NCBI GenBank assembly: GCA_051294375.1
Contig: JBJCIZ010000256.1
Span: 1-12,454 of the forward strand
DNA from: Paraspadella gotoi
Lineage: Eukaryota; Animalia; Chaetognatha
Reading direction: 5' to 3'
Length of the DNA: 12,454 nt
Positions 1 to 8,377 of the stretch are shown here, in pieces (within the stretch, counting starts at the first letter, position 1; the number at the start of each line of letters is the position of its first letter). Position numbers and translations under genes: made by a program. The notes beneath the pieces were generated by a model that made no database searches, was not told the DNA's origin, and saw only the letters and a list, made by a program, of their open reading frames with translations.

Positions 1-1
1 T

Positions 2-80
2 TACTATATAAAATAAAAGAAACCTATCGGAAGAGTTGCACCCCAAACGGCGAAGCGGATTTTTATGAAATTTTACATAA
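2..80 (+). mobile_element. Possible 5' end of a non-autonomous Helitron-like element
   Basis: Starts TACTATATAAATAAAAG and contains CCCCAAACGGCGAAGCGGATTTTATGAAATTT, both resembling motifs seen near the 5' ends of non-autonomous Helitron-type repeats. The true terminus is at the window edge and no convincing 3' hairpin+CTRR was found. Confidence 0.3.
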
Positions 81-103
81 ATTTACTTGAGGACAAGGGT
101 CCC

Positions 104-233
104 AATTCTATGAGAGGGATTTTCCAAATTCACATTTCTTCATAAGAAAAAAAAAAGAATAATGAAATTTCCGCGTTAAAATCTAAATATCTTGAAAACG
201 AGAAGCATTTTCCAAAATCCCTCTCATAGAATT
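104..233. repeat. Perfect 20-bp inverted repeat with 90-bp spacer
   Basis: AATTCTATGAGAGGGATTTT (104-123) is the exact reverse complement of AAAATCCCTCTCATAGAATT (214-233). Confidence 0.95.
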
Positions 234-497
234 TCTCCCACCTTTCCATACTTATAAAAAATAATTTTAGTTTATTTTTTTTTTAAACGGTTTTAGCTCC
301 AACTCTTTTTGTTTATTTATTATTTTTTTTAATTTTTAATTCTGTACTTCGTACTCTAGCAAGTTCCGCTACAACATGAACGATACGAGTGATCGTGTTG
401 CATCGACGCGGAATTCGTTAAAAAACCAACCGCTTAGAAATATGGCTTACCGTATTCGATTTTTTTATCGAGTTTCGATTTTTTTTGTTTTTCCAAA

Positions 498-617
498 ATG
501 CCTTATAAAAAAGGTTCGTCTATTTCACGTAAAAAGCATTTGTATAGCGCCAAGAGTGGAAAGGTAGTTAAACCGAATGGTTTTTCACCTCCACTCGTGG
601 AAATCACGAATACAAAG
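498..617 (+). CDS. Predicted exon 1 of the transposase gene (MPYKKGSSISRKKHLYSAKSGKVVKPNGFSPPLVEITNTK)
   Basis: AAAATG start at 498, basic NLS-like N-terminus, ends at phase 0 in AAG|GTAAAG donor, matching the phase-0 acceptor at 1603. Confidence 0.5.
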
Positions 618-1182
618 GTAAAGATATGATTGGAGACACAAAAATAAGAAAACTTAGAAATTAAAAAAATGTTTTTTCATTTGTTTGCGTTCTGTCTCTC
701 TCTCTCTCTCCCTCGTTCTTTCACTTTTTCTCTCACTTCTCTCTCTTTTTCTATCTCTCTAATTTTTTTTGGCCACTTTAGAACTGTTACTAATTCTCGT
801 TTCGGGCGAGGGGGATCCAGATTTTAGGTTTTCACCCTTTTTTTTTGTCACGTCTAGATTCCCGCCATAATACCGAAGTAAATATTATAAATATGGTTAT
901 ATTTCGAAAGCAGGGAGTCTTGGGAACCCCGTGCGGGTGGACCACTTGAAAATTTTGGTCATTTTGCTATCGTACGATGAACCCAAAGTAGACTGGTTTT
1001 ACGGTGTTTTTGCTCTTGTAACTTAGACTTACATGTTCTGCTAAATACATGAATATGATTACACAGCCAGATAAATTCTTGTCTTGGCTAAGACAGGGTA
1101 TCTTAATTTTTTGGGAAATTTTCCAAGCTTGCTTGTTTCATATAACAATTCAATCATCTACTTTTTCGAGCATTAATTCCCG

Positions 1183-1329
1183 TGTTTCGCCAAGGTTACG
1201 AATCTAAGGTTTTTGTGATTTTTTTATTTTGTAAACATTATTCCCGCCTTTACTGTTTCGCCAAGGTTACGAATCTAAGGTTTTTGTGATTTTTTTATTT
1301 TGTAAACATCATTCCCGCCTTTACTGTTT
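1183..1329. repeat. 71-bp tandem duplication (two copies plus 5 bp)
   Basis: 1183-1253 and 1254-1324 differ at one base (CATTA vs CATCA). Confidence 0.95.
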
Positions 1330-1384
1330 TAACGATATAATTTTGAGAAAGGTTTATTATTTTTGCCAATACAACCATTTTTAT

Positions 1385-1440
1385 TATTATTGGGACATGT
1401 TTCGACTCTATTAGTTTGAGTCTTCATCAGAGAAAATAAT
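1385..1440 (-). ncRNA. Type I minimal hammerhead ribozyme motif (Penelope-type) with damaged stem I
   Basis: Minus strand reads CTGATGA-A-GACTC-aaactaata-GAGTC-GAAA-CATGTC. The core, a 5-bp stem II, the palindromic ACATGT stem III and the GUC triplet are all present. Bases next to the core in stem I mismatch; only distal ATTATT/AATAAT pair. Confidence 0.7.
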
Positions 1441-1603
1441 ACAAAGATATAATTTAGATTAATAACGGGCAAAAGAGAGAGAGAGAGACACAAAGAACAA
1501 ACTAGACGGAATTCCACGTCGATCGGTACCAAATTTATTAAAAGCGAGCCACGATGAAACAAGTCGATGTTTTGTCTAAATTCTTCTTTCTGAAACATTT
1601 CAG

Positions 1604-1691
1604 AAAATTGAGGTGAAGGAGACTTCAATTCAGACAGAAATTTACATGGTCAGCAAAGCTGTGCAGACAGATGGCCCTTCGCCATTGTCAG
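1604..1691 (+). CDS. Predicted exon 2 (KIEVKETSIQTEIYMVSKAVQTDGPSPLS)
   Basis: TTTCAG| acceptor at 1603, 88 nt open and GC-richer than its flanks, CAG|GT donor at 1692 in phase 1, matching the phase-1 acceptor at 2008. Confidence 0.6.
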
Positions 1692-1763
1692 GTTTTTTTC
1701 ATACTAAAATTTAGAGAAAAAACTAAGTTTTTATTAGTTTTCAACGAATTTGTTTTTATTGAT

Positions 1764-1809
1764 AAACAGACATGTTTCGGCTTTAGTATTCAAGCCTTCT
1801 TCAGTGTTT
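1764..1809 (-). ncRNA. Type I minimal hammerhead ribozyme (Penelope-type), apparently intact
   Basis: Minus strand reads AAACA-CTGAAGA-A-GGCTT-gaatacta-AAGCC-GAAA-CATGTC-TGTTT. It has the CUGANGA and GAAA core, 5-bp stems I and II, a palindromic stem III, and the GUC cleavage site at 1769. Confidence 0.85.
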
Positions 1810-2008
1810 TTAGTTTATGTCTTTTTCTCTAAATCATTTACAACGAAAAAGAAAGGATTATCACATAATGCATACTAAAATAATAACTTATATCGGTAAC
1901 TAGAAATAATTAGCGATTCCATAGAATAAGCTAAGATTAGATAATATATATATAAATAATTCTATATCAATGAGTTAGCTTTGGTTCTTAATAAACTTGA
2001 ATTTTTAG

Positions 2009-2235
2009 GGTCATCTGAATTACCTTTTCCTCGCGAGTTGCGTGAAAGGACAAAGGATGCTTTGTTACATGATACTGGTGATATAGAGGATTTAATAGAT
2101 GGGATCATTATTGACAAAAATGACAAAGAGTATCTCCCAAAAAAACGAGAACAGTCATTTGTTCCAGCAGATGAAAAACAGATATTTCTTGGAACAGTTG
2201 GGGGTGTCATGGCATTATTGAATACTTTGGCACAG
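2009..2235 (+). CDS. Predicted exon 3 (GSSELPFPRE...MALLNTLAQ)
   Basis: TTTTTAG| acceptor at 2008 enters the frame of ORF 1981-2346; CAG|GTAAAA donor at 2236; the 68-bp intron ends TTTTTTAG at 2303 in frame with ORF 2355-3038. Confidence 0.7.
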
Positions 2236-2303
2236 GTAAAAAAATTTTTTCATATTAGTTTTGAGAGTAAAATTATTTTACAGAAAATAAATATCTTTTT
2301 TAG

Positions 2304-3983
2304 ATATGTTTTTGTTTTAAATCTGGTTCATGTTCATCATGGATAGTTGACAAAATGTCAACATACAGACAGGGCGGTAGTATTTTATTGGATGTAGTAT
2401 GTAAGGGCTGTGCCAACAAAGTCATTGCAGCCATGGATTCATCTGCAAAAATTAAAAGTCAAATCATGTTGTCTTGCTTAGCTGCTGGTTATGGATATGG
2501 AAAGTATTTTAGACAATTTTCTGCCCTAGGATTGAAGGCGGTTTCCAAAGTCCCTTTCAATAAGTTTGTTAAAAAAGTAGAAAAAAATGTAAAAGTTCAG
2601 TTGGATATTAAAATTGAACAGAATTTAAATCTTTTGAAAAAAATCCCATCTGAAAAGTTAGGATCATTTAAAAAGATGATTGTCGAGTTAGATACTGCTT
2701 GGCAGATACGAAGAAATGGGGCATGTTCAACAACTGTTTTTAAAGCAATAGTGCCATCGGAAGAAATTAATAAAAAAGCACGTGGGGTTGTTTTAGTTTC
2801 TCGTAACCATGAGTCGCACACTAAAATGCTTGATGGAGAAGCATGCCCAGCATCATCTCAAGCAATGGAGGGCATTGGAACCATGAAAAACTGTCAATTT
2901 TTGAAAGACAATGGGAGTCATAAACATTTGTGTTCTATTCCAAGATGGAGATTTTCTTCAAGAAAAAAAATTAAAAGAATATTTTTCCAGAGGCCCATAG
3001 TTACCTATGTGTCCCAGCACATAGCGCAAGAAAATTGACGAAAAAGAACATCATCTCGGACTAAACAACAATTCGAAAATTAGATCAAAGCACTGAAAGA
3101 GAAAAATGCTCCAAAAGTAACCCAGAGTATTTCATCAAGAATTAATGAACACCCTAAAAACTGTAAATGCCAAAAAGAGAACGGCATTTCAAAGGATGTG
3201 GCCTGTTATTGTCTGACCCGAACTTCGTAATTTTCATGGCATGCGCCAGTTTTTCTATCATTGCTGAAAAAACTATGGGTACTAACATTGAAGCTTTCAA
3301 AAAAACATCTCAAAAATTATGTCTTGCTTCACATGTTATTGAAACCATAACCGAGTGCCTAATTCACTGATTTTACTTGGTGCTTGTCGGTACTTTTGTT
3401 TTCTGAAAGCGAGTCATGCCCCATCTAAACAGGTGATGACCTGGGGAATATGCATCGGACTGTCAGTTTCATCATTTATTATTCAATACATTACGATGAA
3501 AATTGTATAAAACCAAAGCAAGCTCTTTTTCTTATTTCCCTCGAGTTAGGTGGCGCCGTTTCATAAAAACCAAATCACTATGAAATCAACTAAATTCAAA
3601 ATTGCACGGGAATACATCGAGATAAATCACATGCTCTTTCAAGGTCACAGTTATCATGGCAAGAACAGAGATGGGTTTGTATGGATAAGCCAATAGATTC
3701 GACAAGCTTTAAGCTAGAGAAAAGACCAGGATGAGGAACACATTGGTTAAAACTGTCTGGCAAAAGCTTTAGAATTTACCTATTTCTTTTACAATGCAGA
3801 GTATTTCAAAACGACATTTGAAATCAGAAAAAAGAAAATAAAGCTGAATCAGGAATACCCGAAGAGTTCTGGAAAATGCAAAAAAAGCAAAAGTTAATTC
3901 AAAGCTAAACGAGCTTTATCCGAGTGTAAAACCCGCGTTCCTCAACAAGAATGTTACGGTTTAAAACAGCAGCAGTTTCTTAG
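2304..3983 (+). pseudogene. DDE transposase core, Mutator-like (PF20700-type)/Kolobok-like; frameshifted from ~2913 onward (decay or sequencing error)
   Basis: CFC...CKGC zinc motif; ELDTAWQIR (first Asp, 2691); NH...ASSQAMEGIG; after a frameshift, LFQDGD (2944-2952); C-x-x-H near 3008-3020; CKC...HFKGCG (3161-3202); HGNTS (3605-3619) just before the expected, scrambled catalytic Glu; VWQKL*NLP; Lys-rich tail. Motif order matches this family as I know it. Confidence 0.75.
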
Positions 3984-4640
3984 ATTCAGAAGAGCCAAGC
4001 AAGCCCACTGAAAGCAGGTAAAAAGCGCAAAAATATTCAACAAAGCTATCAAAGCAACAAAAAACCTGCTGTGGAACAACCCAGTCAAGACGAGCTCATG
4101 GTAGACACAGAGAAAAATGATCCACCTCTTGAAATTCTGTATTGTGAAAAACGATATTTTTACTTTATGCCAGTTGATATTTCTTGGTGTTTAAAACTTA
4201 GTAAACTTTTTGGACTGCCAAAAAGAAAGCATCCCCCATACAAAAAAATTGTTTCAAAAGTAAGATTATACAATAAAGAGCCTTTGGAAACAGTTGATGT
4301 CATTGCTGATGGTAATTGCTTGTTCCGCTCACTGAGTTGGGTTATTTGTGGCAAAGAAAATTATCATAATCTTGTTAGAAAAAGAATCTGTGATTATATG
4401 TTGCAAGATCCTTCAATTACAGATGAATACATAATAAAAATGCTAAAAGACAAAACATGGGGGACCAATATAGAAATAAAAGCGTTTTCTGAGCTTGCCA
4501 ATTGCAATGTTTACGTGTATTCCGAATACAATGAAAGCAATTGGCAGTGGTTGGAATATGGTGATGCAGTAAATGAAAAATCATTGCTTTTGATGAATCG
4601 CCCAAAAAACATCCATTTTAAAATAGTCTCTCTACCATGA
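3984..4640 (+). CDS. OTU-family cysteine protease/deubiquitinase domain, probably the C-terminus of the transposase
   Basis: VIADGNCLFRSLS (Asp 4308, Cys 4317), H..VR..ICDYM, WGTNIEIKAFSEL...VYVYS, and HF (His 4614). The frame is open from 3984, and the listed 4071 start is GTG. Confidence 0.9.
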   Translation: MQKSQASPLKAGKKRKNIQQSYQSNKKPAVEQPSQDELMVDTEKNDPPLEILYCEKRYFYFMPVDISWCLKLSKLFGLPKRKHPPYKKIVSKVRLYNKEPLETVDVIADGNCLFRSLSWVICGKENYHNLVRKRICDYMLQDPSITDEYIIKMLKDKTWGTNIEIKAFSELANCNVYVYSEYNESNWQWLEYGDAVNEKSLLLMNRPKNIHFKIVSLP

Positions 4641-4700
4641 AAAAAAAAATTTAGTATGTATTCATCTCAGTGTATCCAAATTATTAGAAGGTCTTGATAG

Positions 4701-5845
4701 TATGGCAACGGGGAAACCTGTGTGATGCCCCGGGTGTGAGGCATCTCCCGACAGCTGGTGCTCAAGGCTTTGGACCTGCAGTGACCACCCCATGTCACTA
4801 GCGTGTTTATACCGACACCATCACATTTAACCAGCGTAACCGTGATGGGATCAAATCCGGAACTCACAGTTGGTGAATGAGTCCCAGCCAATGGGACGAG
4901 CTGAGTTTCACCAAGCATTACGGGAGGCGAATTTAGGATTCGCCACAATAGCACGATTGCTTCTATTGCTAATGTCAAAGGGCTTTGGACCAATCATTGT
5001 TATAGCATGTTCATGTTGTGGGGGAGACCTCAAACCGCCTCACTACCAACTACATTTAACTAAGTCACAAAAGCTTCACGGGCTAATGCATCCCAACCGT
5101 GTGTTCCAGGTTAATTTGCGGCTTATTTGACATAGCAAGTCTGTAGTAGTATAACTACAAGTGGTAAGAGGCAACTACGGTGTTGAAATGACCAACATAA
5201 GAAGGGAGACAAATGTGGGTTGCCTATTGTTGACTTAATGTGTCCTGTCGGTCCAGAAGATTTGTGGATAAGACGCAAAGTGGGCATGGAATGGGTCCTG
5301 GGCTTGGAACCAGGCTTGAGGGTTTTCCACGCCCCAAGGTGGTTTACGGCCATCTTCACGTTTCCCGCAGCCACCTGGTCACGACTGAAGATGTCATGCT
5401 TATAGGCGGGGTGAACTTATGCAATGCCCGATGACATTCTCCCCTGATTGTAAACCACCCTGCATTGCTTCCAATGGAGGGAGGGGAGCAATCTTCAGCT
5501 AGTCTAGGGGCCTGGAATCAGGTTGGAATACGCTCGACAGGATGGGCTCACCAGTGTGGATAAGGCGCTAAGTGGGCTGAAGACTGAAGAGTGCTATCCG
5601 CAACTTCTTTAATCCCCTCTGGCAGCCATGAAATGGGTCCTGGGCTTGAAACCAGGATTGAGGGTTTTCCACGCCCCCAAGGCAGTTTACAGCCATCCTC
5701 ACGCTTCCCGCAGGGTAGTTACCGAGTTGAGATTGAACCCGGTACCTAGTGGTCATGAGATGATCGCTTTACTCAATGATCCACTAGGTAACGACTAAAG
5801 GTGTCAAGGTGCTTATAGGCATGGTGAACTTATGCAATGCCAGAC
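4701..5845 (+). mobile_element. Degenerate 3' part of a CRE-like non-LTR retrotransposon (Zn-knuckle/RHN plus restriction-like endonuclease region)
   Basis: Abrupt GC-rich block. Frameshifted motifs occur in the expected order: GGEFRIRHN (RHN at 4941-4949), RA(N)...PG..AAY/FDIA (5079-5137, RxD...D-like), MEWVLGLE (VP.alE-like) and a terminal GELMQ (RGNA-like). Confidence 0.5.
5285..5841 (+). repeat. Diverged direct duplication of the retroelement C-terminal segment
   Basis: 5285-5370 aligns with 5627-5713, and 5371-5429 with 5781-5841. The segment 5714-5780 (67 bp) is absent from the first copy. Confidence 0.9.
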
Positions 5846-5988
5846 TAAAGATTTTCTTTTCTTCTGTCATGCATTTTAGAACTTTTGATCCAGCGATAAG
5901 CTTTCTACCGGCCTGTCACTTCTATGTAGACCCTTATGCCAGATGAAGTCTTCATATTAATTTAATTATACATTCAACCTTTTAAATT

Positions 5989-6230
5989 GTGTAACCAACT
6001 TAATTTAATCGTGTATCCAACTAAGTTTGATCGTGTATCCAACTTGGTTTGATATTGTATCTAACTTAATTCAATTAAGAATCCTACTATCCTGAATCAA
6101 ACTTGATTCTATCATTTATCTAACTTGATTCTATCATGTATTCAACAGTCCTACTGGATTAAATTCATTATTTAACTTTATTCTATTAAGTATTTACATT
6201 AGTTGTAGTCATTGTCCAACTTGGTTTTGA
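5989..6230. repeat. Degenerate 22-bp minisatellite (~GTGTATCCAACTTRRTTTRATC)
   Basis: Units start at 5989, 6011, 6033, 6055 and 6077; AACTTGATTCTATCAT occurs at 6100 and 6122; the array decays toward ~6230. Confidence 0.85.
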
Positions 6231-6265
6231 CCTGAATTCACTTTTTTTTTCCATCAGGTGATGGG

Positions 6266-6425
6266 GGCAGCCGGAAAATGATTAACAAATAGTTAGTTTT
6301 TATTACCTAACAGCTAGTAACTAGAAACGATGCTTTGAATTTTTTTTTCCAAAGCTGACTTTCTTGACTGGTTTTTTTGATAGTTATATAGTTATTCCTA
6401 ATTATTAACCAGTCACTCGGCTGCC
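6266..6425. mobile_element. 160-bp MITE candidate with GG...CC ends
   Basis: GGCAGCCG (6266-6273) and CGGCTGCC (6418-6425) form a perfect TIR, extended imperfectly by TTAACAAATAG versus TTAATAATTAG. TTAA follows the right end, but the left flank lacks it. Confidence 0.45.
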
Positions 6426-8377
6426 TTAACCCCGTAATGTTAGTAAAAAAGCAAGATAATTACTAACATTAGTGGTCCAAACGCCACAAATAAATTCTTT
6501 AATTAAAGCAGTTAAGGTGGTATGGTGATTGCGCCGTGGGGCATCAGGAGCTTCTCAACAGTTAACACTTAAATGTAGAGTGGGTTGATGACGGATCTTT
6601 AAATGTTAAAAATTGGGATGTGTGTCTGTTAGATCTGGCGTTGGGCTCCTTATAGGTGGTTTAACCGGCCGTTCACTCTTTTTCAACTAAGGCTAAAACC
6701 TGGGGCTATAGGGTTCAAAGTTTAGACCAGATTGATGTAAGGAACAGTCGTATCCAACGTCAAAAGCAACAATCTTTTTTACATTTCTTTGGATACTAAG
6801 TTTGTTTAAAATCAGAAATGAGTTAAAGATTTTTGAAAGCAAGTTTAATAAACCATTGTTAACTATTTGCCTTCTTTATAAAGCGATTCCCTGAAATCCA
6901 GAAGTCAAGACTCAACCTTTTTTCAAAGATTCATTGCATTCCAGATTCTGTCTTGTTTTATCAATATAAATTCAAATTGCTATTACTTTTGGTTGGTAAA
7001 TAAAAAATTTATTTTGCAATTAAATAAAATTTAGAAATACTGTTTTCCTTTTAATGATATTTATTGCACAGGAATACAATATCATAGTCATTCTTAATAA
7101 TTGATACCAAATAGAAAGTTTTGCCTTTGTTTGAAAGGAGTTTTCGATTTTTGATTATTTCAAAATACTCATTTATATTGGGAAATTAGGGAAATTATGA
7201 TATCGCGTATCTGATACTTGTCCAATGTTTTGCCCGTGGATTGCCGGTCAAACTGCATTAGAAACTTTCATTCTTAACAAAAAGGCAAGGGAAAGTTTTG
7301 ACTAATCCATTTTTCCTGTAGTTTTAACCTAAAAAAATTCGAATTTTTTAAGGTAATTGATATTTTTCAATCTCATAATTAATCACATAGTAAATGTCTG
7401 ATAGTGTGTCCAAGTTAAAACCTCACAAATCGATTAAAACTGCAGCAATTTAGAAATTGATCATAGCCGTTCTTGGTCCGGTTTATGATAAAAAATTTAG
7501 GTAAGAAAAAGTGGAGCTTACCGTTATAAATCGGTTTTTTATTTGAAAATCTCCGGTTACCAAAAAAAAAATTTCGCCGTATATTAATAATGGATATTCG
7601 AAGTACTTGGGGAAAAGAAATCATTTTACTTTACAGGGATTACCTTTTTAAAGATCTGAGGAGGTAGTAAGATAGAGCTTTTTTAAAGATTTCTGCAATT
7701 TCAGACAGAGTGATCCCAGGCCTTTAACCGGCAACAACTAAATTGTTTTTTTTTATTTACGTAGCCTTCCCGAGAGCAATTAATCATTTTGATTAACTTT
7801 TTTTGGTTAAAAATGGTGAGATTTTACCTATTTCTTGACCTCTGGCTTTTGTCTGTTCTGTCTGTCCGGTCTGTCTATTCATTTGTTTATTTTTAGCGGT
7901 GTAAAATGATATTAGATATGGAATACAGAAAACTCGTTTACAAATACTAAATAGTATTTATCGGAGTCAACCTCCCATTTAAAAAAACGGATTTTATTTT
8001 TTACAATTCTTTATTTTTTTTTTCATGAAAAAAAAAATTGCCTGGAAACGTTTTCTGGATAACCATTTTTAACGCTTAAAAGTCTCGACTGCAGAATAAT
8101 TAAACGTGAAATAAAATCGCGATAATAAAAACTAACTATAAGTGCCTCTTCAATGGTCAGTCGTCAGTCCGTAATGCCAGCCATACATCCGCTTTTAACA
8201 ACGCCATAAATTAAAAACAGTTTTTGAGCAAACAATGTCGGATCTGCTACGATAATAGCGGTAATCAGCTTAATGCCAGATAGATTTACGCAACCAAAAT
8301 GGCTAGGCATATATCATTTAAAATCGCTTACAAGGGATTAATTAAACTGAACTGTTACTATGGTAACAAAACAAATT

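Larger units (their letters stand above)
498..4640 (+). mobile_element. Coding region of a DNA transposon: spliced Mutator-like/Kolobok-like DDE transposase followed by an OTU protease domain; element termini not identified
   Basis: Phase-consistent GT-AG exon chain 498-617, 1604-1691, 2009-2235, 2304-onward; transposase motifs from 2304 to ~3790; Lys-rich tail to ~3980; OTU frame open from 3984 to the stop at 4638-4640. Confidence 0.75.

Noticed and set aside
376-567. 63-aa ORF, plus the minus-strand ORFs over 1329-4993
   Set aside because: Alternative-frame or antisense shadows of the transposase/OTU gene and retroelement fragment, with no motifs of their own.
5386-5600. Further CTGAAGA heptamers (5386, 5492 minus, 5577, 5584) as hammerheads
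   Set aside because: No stem II followed by GAAA and a cleavage triplet.
5989-6230. CRISPR-like periodicity
   Set aside because: Units are contiguous with no unique spacers, there are no cas genes, and the context is eukaryotic.
7350-7647. AAGGTAAT/ATTACCTT as TIRs of a small element
   Set aside because: Only 8 bp in AT-rich DNA, without a clean TSD.
8354-8367. RFX X-box-like palindrome GTTACTATGGTAAC
   Set aside because: A short motif in repeat-derived DNA with no associated gene.
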